From NCBI GenBank assembly GCA_965223905.1, contig CBDCXV010000010.1, forward strand, positions 1,024,001 through 1,088,000: 64,000 nucleotides of DNA. Reading direction: 5' to 3'. Numbering within the stretch: the first letter of the stretch is position 1; each line of letters begins with the position of its first letter. The DNA comes from Candidatus Latescibacterota bacterium. Its GTDB lineage: Bacteria; Latescibacterota; UBA2968; UBA8231. The notes beneath the pieces are model-generated. The model worked only from the letters and a program-made list of their open reading frames with translations, had not been told where the DNA came from and did no database searches. Positions 47,553-58,162 of this stretch are shown piece by piece. The position numbers and the translations under genes are program-made.

Positions 47553-48644
47553 ATGACAGCAAGCGCTCCAAAGGATGCCGTTCCCGGGGGAGTCCCGCAC
47601 CAGGAAGGGGACGACACGATGTTTCTCGCCGGCGCCCGACCGGCGCCCGCGGACGTCGCCGCGGTGCGCACGGTGGTCCGGGACGGCTGGTACAACATGC
47701 CCACCGACCTGGCCCGGTGGCGCGGCTACTACTGGCTCTCGTACCGGCGCGGCACCGGGCACAGCTGCGTCCGCGGCAACAGCTCGGTCATCCTGCTGCG
47801 CTCGAACGACCTGCGCCGCTGGCAACGGGTGCAGCGCTTCGAGCCCCCGGGCGGCATCGTCGACGGCCGCGGCATCGCCGCCGGGCACTTCACCCAGGAC
47901 GAGGACCGACTCTACCTGTTCTTCCCGGTGCAGTTCCCCGGCGACAGCGGCAAGCCGTCGCGCATCTACATGTCCCACACCGAGGACGGGCAGAGCTGGT
48001 CGCCCCCCGAAGTGCTGCGGCTCGGGGACTACTACCCGTACACGTGGCGCGTGCGCCTGCACGGGGGCCGGTTCTACTCGGCGATCTGCTACCTCGAGCA
48101 GGACGAAGGCCCCTTCGACCTGATCGCCAGCGACGACGGGGTGGACTGGCACCGCCATGCGCGCATAGCTGCCGGCCATCCCCGCCGCTTCACCGAGGAG
48201 TCCGACCTGTACTGGTCTCCCGGCGGCGAGTGCTGGTGCATTGTGCGCTCCCACGGGCCGGCCTTGATGTACTGGTCTCACCCTCCATACGAGAGCTGGG
48301 AGGGAAACGTCGATCTCGGGGTGCGCTGCGACGCCCCGGCGATCTGCGCATCGGGGGACCAGGTCTACCTGGCGGGCCGCGTCGCCGCGGAGGGGAATCC
48401 CCACGGCACCACCGGGGTGTACCGGCTGGAGCGCGGGCGGGCGCAGCTGGTGCTCTCGATGCCTGCCGGCGGGGACAGCTCCTATCCAGGGCTGATATCC
48501 CTCGCCCCGGATCGCCTTGCCCTGTCCTACTACTCAGACGTCGCCTACTGGTCGGGGATGGTCGCTCCGAGGCACTTCGAGGCCTACCTGCGCAAGCGCT
48601 CCGAGTGCGACATCTACCTGGCCGAATTCAGGGTGAGTTCCTGA
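47553..48644 (+). CDS. Sialidase/BNR-like beta-propeller hypothetical protein
   Basis: YNMPTDL, TEDGQSW, SDDGVDW Asp-box-like motifs, GDSSYPG. Confidence 0.65.
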   Translation: MTASAPKDAVPGGVPHQEGDDTMFLAGARPAPADVAAVRTVVRDGWYNMPTDLARWRGYYWLSYRRGTGHSCVRGNSSVILLRSNDLRRWQRVQRFEPPGGIVDGRGIAAGHFTQDEDRLYLFFPVQFPGDSGKPSRIYMSHTEDGQSWSPPEVLRLGDYYPYTWRVRLHGGRFYSAICYLEQDEGPFDLIASDDGVDWHRHARIAAGHPRRFTEESDLYWSPGGECWCIVRSHGPALMYWSHPPYESWEGNVDLGVRCDAPAICASGDQVYLAGRVAAEGNPHGTTGVYRLERGRAQLVLSMPAGGDSSYPGLISLAPDRLALSYYSDVAYWSGMVAPRHFEAYLRKRSECDIYLAEFRVSS

Positions 48645-48842
48645 CCATTACGGGCCTGGAGAGAGGATACCGGCGGCTGAGGCAGCACCGGTTTGCCCGA
48701 AACGGCATTCGGACCCCGGGGGCCCATTCCACTACAAATGCCCTGCGGCCTCCACCTGCGCATATGCCAACCGAAGCAGTTGCAGGGAAACCGGCGAGCC
48801 ATTGCGCGATTGACGCGGTGTAATGACAGGAGGGAGGCAAGG

Positions 48843-49724
48843 ATGACCGAGGCGATCGAGAAACCGGATCCCGGGTACCGGTACGAGTTCTCAATCGGGG
48901 AGCTCGACCTGGTGTCGGCCTGCCTGGAAGCGCACGGCTTCGCGATCATCAAGGATGCGCTGCCCGACGACATCGTCGCCGGACTCGGGAAGGCCGTGTG
49001 GGAAGGCACGGACCCGGACCGCACCCTGGGGCCCGGGGAGTCGCGGACGCGCCACGCCTGGATCGAGTCGGGACCGGGGGCGTGGTCGCTGCTCGAGTAC
49101 GAGCCGTTCATGGAGATCCACCGCCACCTGATCGGCACGGACGAGCTGGCCGTTCACCGCTCCGCTGCCATAATCCGCATGCCGGGGTCGGCGCCGGTAA
49201 ACTGGCACACCGACTGGTGCGGGTTCGCAGGGGGGTCGCCGAAGAACTCAGGCGAGGTCCTCAACCGCGGGTTGTGGCCGTCGGGGAAGTGGTTCTACAT
49301 CACCGGGTCGCGGCCAGTGCACGGAGGTCTCTGCGTCATCGAGGATTCCCACCTCGAGGGCTGGGAGGGCCCGGAAGGGTTCGCCCTGACCGGCGACCGC
49401 CGCTCCTTCTACCCGGAAGGAGAAGAGGAAGCGAACTACGACGGCTTCGAGCTCCCCGGGCTCGTTCCCCTGTTCACGGATCCGGGGGACATGATCGTCT
49501 TCGCCCACCGCACCTATCACGGTGCCTTCGCCAACGACCTCGATGAAGTCCGGCTGTCCTGTGCCATCGGTTTCCGCGACCGCAATCACCGCATCGACGT
49601 CCCCTGGGAAATACCGGAGAGCGGGCAGCGGTTTCTCGCCGACCTTCCGGCGCACCTGCACCGATACGTGGACGGGTACACCAGCATCGATCTCGCGTGG
49701 AGGGGGGAGCAGCCTTCGCGCTGA
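48843..49724 (+). CDS. Phytanoyl-CoA dioxygenase (PhyH) family protein
   Basis: WHTD, GGLCVIEDSH, PGDMIVFAHRTYHG. Confidence 0.8.
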   Translation: MTEAIEKPDPGYRYEFSIGELDLVSACLEAHGFAIIKDALPDDIVAGLGKAVWEGTDPDRTLGPGESRTRHAWIESGPGAWSLLEYEPFMEIHRHLIGTDELAVHRSAAIIRMPGSAPVNWHTDWCGFAGGSPKNSGEVLNRGLWPSGKWFYITGSRPVHGGLCVIEDSHLEGWEGPEGFALTGDRRSFYPEGEEEANYDGFELPGLVPLFTDPGDMIVFAHRTYHGAFANDLDEVRLSCAIGFRDRNHRIDVPWEIPESGQRFLADLPAHLHRYVDGYTSIDLAWRGEQPSR

Positions 49725-50042
49725 GTCCGGCAGACGAGGGGCGCGGCCGCGGGGCCTTCAGATGGCCGCCGGGGCGGTACCACTTCGAAGGAGCCCCTGC
49801 CGGTCCAGGCCGTGATCGGGCACAGGTACGCCCCCGGGCCGCAGCTCGCGCGGCTGGAGGCCCCCCGGACCCACAGCGTGGCCGGCCATGACGTTCAACT
49901 CCATCCAGTCGCGCCAGGATTCCCCGGGGCGTCCCCCGAACGCCCCGGCAGGGGAGCAGCGCTCCGGGGCTCCCACCAGGACGGCGGCGTGGTTGCGAAT
50001 ACGCGGCCCGCGGCGATTCAAGGTGACGAACAGGTGGAAGGG

Positions 50043-50662
50043 CTAGGCCTCCGCCCGCCCGGCCTGGTAGGAGTAGTTCTCCGCCCCGGTGACCGTGCCG
50101 TCGGGCGTGAAGGTGCGCGCCTCGATCGCGGGAGTCTCCCCTTGCGAGATGCGCTCGAGCACCTCGGTCACGCGCGGCACCACGATCTCGATGGCGCGCC
50201 TCCCCTTCTCCTCGGTGGCGAGCTGGGTGTCGGCGTCGTCGATGTCCTCGACGTGGACGCGCTCCGGGAAGGCGGCGAGGGCAAAGGAGGTTTCGAACTC
50301 GTTGGCGTGTCCGGGAAGGCGCTTGCTGTCCATGAGCGAGTGCGCCTCCTCTTCCGTGTACAGGTCCCAGTAGGAGATGCAGACCACGTTCGCCCTCAGG
50401 AGCTGGCGGTAGCGGATCATCTCCTTGCCCAGGGCGTGCATGTGGCCGCCGTGGCCGTTGAGGACGAGAACGTTGCGGATGCCGGCGCGGGTTATGCTTT
50501 CGCAGATGTCGAATACGTAGTCGAGAAAGGTGCCGACGCGGGTCGTCAGGGTTCCCGGGTGGGGCATGTGATGCTCGGACACCCCGACTTGCACCGTAGG
50601 CGCCACCACTACCTTCGGGTGCAGGGCGAGGGCGGCCTCGTGCGCCACGTGGGTGACCTGTA
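50043..50662 (-). pseudogene. Creatininase-family gene, N-terminus missing
   Basis: GVSEHHMPHPGT, LNGHGGH, GHANEFETS present; the GS.EQHG.HLP..TD N-terminal motif is absent. Confidence 0.75.
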
Positions 50663-50892
50663 GCCGCCCTTGCCGGCAGCGGTCTCTTCGCGCGAGCACT
50701 TGCAGATCACCTGGCGCGGCCCCCAGGTCAGGCCCTGGTCGCTGCTGCGCCTGACGACGACGCGCGAGAAAGGGCGCTGGCTGTGGCACATGCTCTCGCG
50801 ATAGGTGCAGACCAGGGTGCCGTCGGCCGCCCGGGCGACGTCGGCGAAGGCCTCGTAGATGTCGTCGTTTCGGGAGACGGTGATTTCTGCAT
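50663..50892 (-). pseudogene. 5' fragment of a sialidase/BNR-type gene
   Basis: ITVSRNDDIYEAFADV..LVCTYRE..RSSDQGLTW; the ATG at 50892 is out of frame. Confidence 0.65.
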
Positions 50893-51049
50893 AGTTTGGT
50901 CGCCGTCGGGGAAGGGTTGGAGTGGGCAGGTCGCAGTAGATCGAGCTCGTTGCCGACCTTCGCGCAGGAGGGAAGAGACAAGATGGCTTGCCGTCCCACC
51001 CCCCGGCAACGAGTGGGATGCGTCTCAATCGAAAAAGGACACGGGAACC

Positions 51050-52642
51050 ATGGCGAAACCGCGCATCATGTTCGACCACGACGGGCGGCACCCCCTCATC
51101 TACATGTACGAGCCGCCGATACGGAAAGAGGAGCTGGAGGCCGCGGTCGACGAGCTGGTCGGCACTCCAGTAGAAGCGCTGATGCTGACCCTGGGGGACA
51201 TCCGCAGCCTCCTCTACGATTCGCAAGCCGGGGAGCTCTGGGGCAGGGACGTCGAGAAGTGGCCGCACCTGATCTGGCGGAGGGCCAACCAGAACTTCAC
51301 ATCCCTGATCGCCGGGGGGAACGATCCCTTGCGGGTGCTGTGCGAACGGGCGCACGCCAAGGGGATGCAGCTCTACGCAACCCTGCTGGTTCAGCAGGGG
51401 CCCAGGGAGCGCATGCTGAAGAGTTGGGAGGAGGAGGACTTCTCCGCCGACGACTGGCAGTTCAGGCTGCATCCGCTCGACATAGGCTCCAAAGGCGGGG
51501 TAGACCGCGATTGGCCGGGGTATCGCTGCCCGGACTTCGCACACCCCGAGGTTCGCTTTCGCACCCTGGCCGTTATCGAGGAGGTCATGGCCAACTACCC
51601 GGTAGACGGCTTCGAGCTGCAGCTGAACTACACTCCCTGGTACTTCCACCCGGACGAAACGGATGAGGGAAGGCCGATCATGACGGAGTGGATCGGACAG
51701 GTGCGCGAAGCGGTCAAGGCCGGCGGCGGCGATCGGGAGCTGGCCGTGCACGTGCCCGCGGACATCGAAAGGGGGAACGCCGTCGGCCTCGAGCCGCTGG
51801 AGTGGATGCGCCGGGGAATCGTCGATGCCGTGATCCCCGAGGCCTCCGGCATGGCGGACCCGTCCGCGGATTTCACTCCCTTCGTCGAAGCGGCGCGCGG
51901 CACCTCCTGCCGGGTGATCGCCGCCATCCAGAACCAGGTGAATTCCGACCGCATAGGCGAGGGCACGATCGCGATGATGAGGGCGGGGGCCTGCAACTTC
52001 TGGGCCCAGGGGATCGACGGACTCTACCTGGCGCACTGGTTCGGGAGCTGGCCGTACGAGGCGGAGTTCTACGAGAAGCTGCGCGAGATCGCCGACCCCG
52101 AGGTGATGGCGCCCAAGGACAAGTTCTACCGCATACCGGCGGCGATCGCAGCGCCGCCGAAGCCGGTGGTGCCGCCGCGGACTCCAGACCCGTTGCCCGC
52201 GGTGCTGCGGGAAGGGGCGCCCGTGCGGCTGGAGCTCGCCGCGAGCGACGACCTGCCGCGCTGGGACCGCGCCGGCAGGGTGCACGAGGTGCTCCTGCGG
52301 GTGCGGGTGGCGCAGGCGACGGAGCTGGACCGCATCCAGTTCGCGCTCAACGGCAGCGTCCTGCCGGAGGGGCTGCTGCGCCGGCTGAACCAGATGTACG
52401 TCATGTCGGCGCCGCGGTACCGGGCGACCGGGTACTGGTTCATTTTCCGGCTCGACCGGGAGCATTGGCCGCTCCGGGGCAGGAACGTCCTGGAAGTGAC
52501 CCTGGTGCGCCGCGACCCGGGGGTGATACCGGAAGCGAGCGTCCGCGACGTCGAGATGGAAGTCAAGTACCTGCAGGGGAAGAGCTTCCATCGGGACTTC
52601 GTCGACGCCGATCTCGGCCCCTGGGAGCGCAAGGTCACCTGA
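51050..52642 (+). CDS. Glycoside hydrolase-like (GHL10-type TIM barrel) protein
   Basis: HDG, DPLRVLCERAHAKGM, DFAHPEVR, YPVDGFEL, GIDGLYL. Confidence 0.65.
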   Translation: MAKPRIMFDHDGRHPLIYMYEPPIRKEELEAAVDELVGTPVEALMLTLGDIRSLLYDSQAGELWGRDVEKWPHLIWRRANQNFTSLIAGGNDPLRVLCERAHAKGMQLYATLLVQQGPRERMLKSWEEEDFSADDWQFRLHPLDIGSKGGVDRDWPGYRCPDFAHPEVRFRTLAVIEEVMANYPVDGFELQLNYTPWYFHPDETDEGRPIMTEWIGQVREAVKAGGGDRELAVHVPADIERGNAVGLEPLEWMRRGIVDAVIPEASGMADPSADFTPFVEAARGTSCRVIAAIQNQVNSDRIGEGTIAMMRAGACNFWAQGIDGLYLAHWFGSWPYEAEFYEKLREIADPEVMAPKDKFYRIPAAIAAPPKPVVPPRTPDPLPAVLREGAPVRLELAASDDLPRWDRAGRVHEVLLRVRVAQATELDRIQFALNGSVLPEGLLRRLNQMYVMSAPRYRATGYWFIFRLDREHWPLRGRNVLEVTLVRRDPGVIPEASVRDVEMEVKYLQGKSFHRDFVDADLGPWERKVT

Positions 52643-52715
52643 GGACCTCACCGGGCCGCCCCTATGGCCGGCGACCTGCAAAACCAGCAGAGATACCGAT
52701 CGAGGGAAGTCGACC

Positions 52716-54086
52716 ATGAAGCTGTGGATGGATGTAATGCGCGATCTCGAAAGCGTGATGAACGATCACGAACGCATACTCGATGCCTGGGCGGAGGGAG
52801 GCGTCGACGGGGTCGTGTTCGGTCCGCTGGTGTTCGGCACTTCGAAAATGTCGAAGGATGCAGTTTCCGCTCCCACCGGCGACGCCGTCGCGGAGGCGTA
52901 CGATCCGAACCCGGCTGTGTACGCGCGGCTCGGAGTCGAGCCGCCGCGGCCGCCGGAGCACAAGCTGCCGGAGAAACGGGTCCTGCTCGAAAAGACGATG
53001 AACGCCGCCAGGGACCGCGGCATGCAGGTCTACTGCATGTACGCCGACGGGGGCGCCGGCCCGGGGGGTCAGGGCCACCACCTGCACGACGACAGGACGC
53101 TGGCGTCGCGGGTGGCGCGCATGGTCGACACCCTCGAGCACTTCCCGATGGCGGACGGTGCCGTGATGGACGGGCCGGAGTGGGGGTACGAAATCGCTCC
53201 CCATCACATGAATCACCGCTCCTACTTCTTTCACGACCTGCCGGAATCCGCAGCGCCGATGGCCGCCGATCTGGGGTACGACTACGAGGCCATGGTGGCG
53301 GCGAAAGACAGGCTCCTGTCCCTGTTCCACAACCTCGACCCGGTGCGCATTCGCGGCCACGCGCGCGGCGGCCTGGTCGGAGCCCACCGCATGCTGGGAG
53401 CCGACCCCGACCTGATGGCCTGGCTGTCGTTCCGGGCAGACTCGCTGACGCGCTATTTCCGGCGCATCCGCGAAGGCGTCGCCGCCGAGCTGGAGCGCCC
53501 GGTACGCCTGGGATGCGGCCCCCGCTCTGCCGCCTTCGCCCCTTTGTGCGGGTACGACTTCGTCGACCTTGCACGGTTCATGGATTTCCTCCTGCCGAAG
53601 CACTACTTCTTCCAGCGCGGCTTCGATGGCTTCCTCGGCACGGTATATCGCTACTCGCAGACCCTGCTGGAGTGGAATCCGGGGATCTGCGTGGCCGACA
53701 CCCTCGATGTCGTTGAGGCTCTCTTCGGTATCGTCCTGCCGGGCGTAGGCGATGACATGCTGGACTTCGAGAGCGCCCTCAATCCGGAGTTTTTCGAGCA
53801 GGTGGTAACGCAGGAGACGCGACGGGCGCTGGCATCGGTCGACGATCCGGAGCGCATCGTGCCCTGGCTGGACACCGGCCGCTTTCCCCACGACGGCGAC
53901 CCGATGTCGGCGCGCGACCTCAAGATGTTGCTCGACGCCGCGGAGGCCGCCGGGCTCAGGCGCTTCAACTACCACCACCAGGGCAATCTCAGCCCGGGGG
54001 AATGGGTGGTAATCAGCGACAGATGCGGAACCCGATGGGACCCGCGCAAGAGCGACTACGAGCCCCCGGACGAGCTGGTGTTGTAA
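52716..54086 (+). CDS. Hypothetical protein (possible TIM barrel)
   Basis: 456-aa GC3-biased ORF with RBS; no confident family. Confidence 0.7.
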   Translation: MKLWMDVMRDLESVMNDHERILDAWAEGGVDGVVFGPLVFGTSKMSKDAVSAPTGDAVAEAYDPNPAVYARLGVEPPRPPEHKLPEKRVLLEKTMNAARDRGMQVYCMYADGGAGPGGQGHHLHDDRTLASRVARMVDTLEHFPMADGAVMDGPEWGYEIAPHHMNHRSYFFHDLPESAAPMAADLGYDYEAMVAAKDRLLSLFHNLDPVRIRGHARGGLVGAHRMLGADPDLMAWLSFRADSLTRYFRRIREGVAAELERPVRLGCGPRSAAFAPLCGYDFVDLARFMDFLLPKHYFFQRGFDGFLGTVYRYSQTLLEWNPGICVADTLDVVEALFGIVLPGVGDDMLDFESALNPEFFEQVVTQETRRALASVDDPERIVPWLDTGRFPHDGDPMSARDLKMLLDAAEAAGLRRFNYHHQGNLSPGEWVVISDRCGTRWDPRKSDYEPPDELVL

Positions 54087-54349
54087 GGGGCTGCTCCTCC
54101 TTGGCTCGCCGCCGTGACGGGCGACGCGCGCAACTCGCCGCAGGATCCCGACGTGGCCGGCGTGATGTCAACGTCCGCTTGGACCAGCGAGATTACCGTC
54201 GCATCGAAGCATTTCTGATCAGCTTCAACGGAAGCTTCGAAAAGTCAGACCGAAAGCGTCAGGCGGAGACCGGCGGCCTGTCGTTTGGCAACATTGTATG
54301 CCAGGTATGCCAGTTTTCGGTATGCCAGTTTTCGGTGATTGCGAAGATG

Positions 54350-54448
54350 CTGGTGTCGCGCCCCACGGATAACCAGATAGAATCCCGGCTTTGAGACGGG
54401 ATGGGTCGGCGTCGGAAATTGCAAGGTCTTCCCGGGACGCGACACTAG
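54350..54448. mobile_element. ~99-bp IS630-like MITE
   Basis: IR ctggtgtcgcgcccc / gggacgcgacactag (13/15). Confidence 0.6.
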
Positions 54449-54823
54449 CAGTCGGTAACCCCCCAGGGAACGCTTGCCCGTTTCTGACGGCCGGTGCTAT
54501 ATTCCAACATCTTGTAACATCTTATAAATTCTGAATTTGCCCGATGGCAGGCGCCCCTTTCGAGCGCCGCCGACTGCGCCCAACCCCCAAGGGCGCCGGA
54601 TTTCCCCTCCCCCTCTCCACAGACTCTCCACCCTGCAACGGGTGCGGCGGCTACGCTCGCCGCGAAAGGTGACGTCACGCCGGGAAGAACCCGTCTTGCG
54701 GGTTGCCGCGCAGGAGGCAGGCAGGATGTGCCTGCACGCCGGGGGTCCGGTGATGAGAGCAATCATCGCCAACTCGTTCGAAAGCAGAATAATCTGGAAG
54801 AGAATACAACTGAAAGACCGGTC

Positions 54824-55954
54824 ATGATTCTGGATATACGACATCTGCAATTGGCTCCGGACGCCGAGGATCCACCGGAGGCCGGACAGGAGAAAGCGGA
54901 ACCGCAGGCGGCTGAGAACCCCAAGGCTCCGGAGTCGTCTTGCAGCCCCGATCTGGAGGATCTGCTGAATGCGGCATGCAGCGAAGACGCCGGCGAGCGA
55001 GCGGAGGCGATCGCGCAGCTGCGGGCCCTCGTCCCCAGCAGGGAAGGGGCCGATTACCTGGGCGGAATCGTCGAGGACGCGGCCGATACGCGACGGCTGA
55101 CCGCGGCTCAATTGCTCGGGTTCCACCGCGGCTGGCTGGCCGCCCGGTCGGGGGCGGAGCGGTTGACCGGGTGGGTCCGGAACGAAACCGACCCCGAAGT
55201 GGGCCGCGCCCTCGTCTGGGCCCTGCGCGGCAGGACTGAGGTGAGGGAGTTTCTCCTCCACCGCGTCCCCGGAATTGCCCGCGAAGCGGCCCTGGGACTG
55301 CCGGTCAGAAAGGAGACGGCGCCGGCCCTGGTCTCGGCCGTGCTGGCCGGCTGTGCCCGCGATGTCGAAACCATCCTGCTCGACAAGCTGAGGACGGCAC
55401 CGGGCTCGTTGGCTGCGACGATATCGGAACTGGTCGTCGAGTGGGTGGGATCGGCCAGCGAGGAGGCGATTCTCGCCCTGGTCGCCTGCCTGCCGCAGGT
55501 GGAAATCTTCGAGCATTTCGTCGAAAAACGAGGCGTGCCGACCTTCGATCCGCGGGCCGGCGAAGAGGCGACCGAAATGCTGCGAAGATGGCATCGACTG
55601 GCCAGGATGGTGGAGACGGCGATGCTGGAAGAGCCGTCGGCAGAGCTGGTGCGCCATCTTGTCGGACGCTGCGCCCGCGACGACGCCTTTGCCCGCCGGC
55701 ATGCTTCGTTCCTCACCGCGGCGATCGCCAACACCGGGGCGACGTTCGGCAGCGAGCTGCTCAGGGATCTCGAGCGCCTCGCGATCGCGGCGAGCGAGGA
55801 GCGACTGGTGAAGATGGCGGGGATGCTGCTCGAGCTGAAGGCCCGGCTCGACAGGCGGGCGGAACCGGAGGCCGAGGAGTTGCTCGAGGGGTGGAAGGGA
55901 AGATCGCCGGCGCTAAAGCTCAAGATCTATCACATGCAGCAAGGTCTCGACTAG
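54824..55954 (+). CDS. HEAT-repeat-like hypothetical protein
   Basis: Alpha-helical repeats (RLTAAQLLG, ETDPEVGRALVWAL, AREAALGL). Confidence 0.65.
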   Translation: MILDIRHLQLAPDAEDPPEAGQEKAEPQAAENPKAPESSCSPDLEDLLNAACSEDAGERAEAIAQLRALVPSREGADYLGGIVEDAADTRRLTAAQLLGFHRGWLAARSGAERLTGWVRNETDPEVGRALVWALRGRTEVREFLLHRVPGIAREAALGLPVRKETAPALVSAVLAGCARDVETILLDKLRTAPGSLAATISELVVEWVGSASEEAILALVACLPQVEIFEHFVEKRGVPTFDPRAGEEATEMLRRWHRLARMVETAMLEEPSAELVRHLVGRCARDDAFARRHASFLTAAIANTGATFGSELLRDLERLAIAASEERLVKMAGMLLELKARLDRRAEPEAEELLEGWKGRSPALKLKIYHMQQGLD

Positions 55955-56127
55955 TGCCTGCTAGTGCCTGCGCGCGTAACGCGCGTAAGTAGACGTACGA
56001 ACGAGGGCGAGGACCAACTACGTCCTTGCGCCGATGCGCCCGGCTCGCAAGGCGCCCTGAGCGAGTCGTACCGGGGGTGTACGGCGAGCGAAGGCAACGC
56101 CGCTGTCGGGAACAGTGGAAAAAATGA
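55951..56127. repeat. Truncated CTAG-ended MITE, related to 44591..44757
   Basis: ctagtgcctg x2, then the shared core cggctcgcaaggcg...gtgtacggcgagcga.ggcaacgccgc. Confidence 0.65.
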
Positions 56128-57570
56128 GGCTCGTCAGTAGAATTGGTGGGTGAATTGGGGTTCGGGTAAATCGCCAAGCTGATGAAATGAAGCGATTTGG
56201 AGTGCCTTGAAGGTGCGGAATCCGAAGGCTTTTCTCACCGTCAGATTCCATTTCAGGTTCAAGCCCTCGACCATGCCGTTGTTGAACTGCTTGTGAGCCC
56301 GGAACCAATTGAGGAGGAGCTCTTGATGGCGGCGCAGCATCTTGGCGACGTCTTTCATCGGTTCGATGGTGCTTCGCATCGTGCGGAAACACCAGCGGTG
56401 GAGGAAGTTCTCTGCCCAGGCGGGGTAGGTGTAGTCCCAAAAGCGCTGGAAGTCCTCCTTCAGCAGGTAAGCTTTGACGGTGCGCAGGTTCATCTTCAAG
56501 AGCTCGGACAGCTTCAAGTCCTGGGTGTCGGTGAGGTTCTCCTTGCGCTTGAGGAAGCACCAGCGGCTCTTGCACAGGACGGGATCCTGGCCCTCCTCTT
56601 TGAGTCTGCGGGTCTCTTCGGCACGGACTTTGTCGAGGGCCTTGCTGAAGTGCTGCATGAGGTGAAAGCGGTCGAGAATGTGGACCGCCGCCGGGAGCCG
56701 ATTGCCGATGACGGTGAGGTAGGCTTTCCAGATATCTGAGCAGATGACGGCGATCTGGCCCAGGAAACTGGTCGGCTCCTTCTCGCCGGCCGCTTCTTGC
56801 TTGCGCTGGTGCTCTTGCTCCAGTTCGGTAAAGCCGTCGTCCAAGGTCTGCTTCGTCCGCTTTTGGCCCATCCACAACAACCGGCGGCGGTGCGTGTCGA
56901 TCTGGTACAGCAGGGTCAGATAATGATGGCCCTTACCAAACTGAATTTCATCCACGCCGAGGGCGGTGACTTGGTCGAGGCGGCGATGGGTGAGCCCATA
57001 GTCCACGACGTACTGGACGGAATGGTAGACCTTGTCCCAGCTGGTCCGGAAGGAGCGCGCCACCTCCGTCCACGACAGCTTTTTGGCCCACCGCGCCAGG
57101 AAACACCGGTAGATGTCGGTCAGGTGGTGCTTGCCCGTGCTCCAGGGGACCTTCTCGACGACCACCCGGCCGCAGCCTTTGCAGGCAACCCGGCGCATCC
57201 GATACACCAGAAAGACCGGGAATCCCCACAGCGGAACAAACTCGAACCGCCGTGCAGCGGTGGCCGTGTCATAGGTCGGGGACAACTGACCGCAGCCGCT
57301 GCACTGGGCCCTGGAGTTCTTTCGGGGCCTCAGGCGCACCATGATCCTTCCGTGCTCGTCAAAGCCACTCTCTTCAAACACAAACCGCTTGAATTTCGTG
57401 CACCGGTTCAGTACCGTGATCAGGCGCATCATTCCCACCAGGGTAAGTCGGGATCGGTCTTCGGCGACTGTCCCAACATACCGGGGATGATGCGCCTGGG
57501 CTATCCTCGGCTTCCTCTATGCCCATCAGCGCTCGCGGGCCCTTTCACCCACAGATTCTGCGGAGGAGCC
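56128..57570 (-). mobile_element. ISL3 family insertion sequence
   Basis: Ends ggctcgtcagtagaattggtgggtgaa / ttcacccacagattctgcggaggagcc are imperfect IRs. Confidence 0.9.
56134..57438 (-). CDS. ISL3 transposase
   Basis: CSGC..CKGC Zn finger, LGVDEI, CSDIW, DRFH, NGMVEGLN, AFGFR. Confidence 0.95.
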   Translation of the reverse strand: MGMMRLITVLNRCTKFKRFVFEESGFDEHGRIMVRLRPRKNSRAQCSGCGQLSPTYDTATAARRFEFVPLWGFPVFLVYRMRRVACKGCGRVVVEKVPWSTGKHHLTDIYRCFLARWAKKLSWTEVARSFRTSWDKVYHSVQYVVDYGLTHRRLDQVTALGVDEIQFGKGHHYLTLLYQIDTHRRRLLWMGQKRTKQTLDDGFTELEQEHQRKQEAAGEKEPTSFLGQIAVICSDIWKAYLTVIGNRLPAAVHILDRFHLMQHFSKALDKVRAEETRRLKEEGQDPVLCKSRWCFLKRKENLTDTQDLKLSELLKMNLRTVKAYLLKEDFQRFWDYTYPAWAENFLHRWCFRTMRSTIEPMKDVAKMLRRHQELLLNWFRAHKQFNNGMVEGLNLKWNLTVRKAFGFRTFKALQIASFHQLGDLPEPQFTHQFY

Positions 57571-58162
57571 AAAAATTGAATAAGGCACCTCTGCTCTTCT
57601 TGATTTTATCAGGCTTAGGTTCTTTTGCACGAGCATAGGCTTTGAGGATGATGTCCACTGGAAATTTCCTGCAGTAATTCTTGTAAAGACGAAGATTCTT
57701 CATGTCATCCAATCCATCCGCGATTCGGTATGCCAGCTGATTCTCTGGGGTAGATGACTCGGTGTCCCCATTCTTGCTGTGGACATCCCTGCGATCGCTA
57801 TCGCCAGTATATAAATCAGGAGAAGAAGAATAGCTATCGTAGGGAATTGGTACAGCGATTTTTGCGACAGCGATTTCCGTTGGGGACAACGATTCCCCTG
57901 TGTTTTTCGGGATTTCATAGATGGACAAGCGTGATTGATTGAAACCTCGGCGATACCCAATCTTACCCTGCTTTGTCAAGCTCAACACAGCCCTGTTCGT
58001 GGTGTTCACCGAGAGCCTGCAGTGCTGGGCAAGTTTGCGCATGGACAGCATGAACCTGCCGCCAGCTCCTCCGCACAGGCTTTCCAAGGTCCAATACACC
58101 ACTGCTTCTGATGGACGTTCAAAGTGCGGCAATGCTTTGGATTGTGATTGCGATTGCTTCAT
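57571..58162 (-). CDS. wHTH replication-initiator-like protein, extreme C-terminus cut by ISL3
   Basis: SMRKLAQHCRLSVNTTNRAVLSL HTH; C-terminal KIKKSRGALFNF runs into the IS end. Confidence 0.55.

Noticed and set aside
49725-50040. Short ORFs between the PhyH and creatininase genes
   Set aside because: No recognisable motifs; probably eroded sequence.
54165-54240. IS3 integrase remnant (IEAFLISFNGSF)
   Set aside because: Too short and degenerate to call.
54640-54700. c-di-GMP-I riboswitch (cgcGAAAGgtgacg)
   Set aside because: The conserved GGCAAA and GCAAAGC elements are missing.
16-56000. Many long overlapping or antisense Arg/Pro/Gly-rich ORFs (e.g. 195..2102, 18012..20399, 25383..27530, 50609..52717)
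   Set aside because: Shadow frames of high-GC3 genes with no recognisable motifs.
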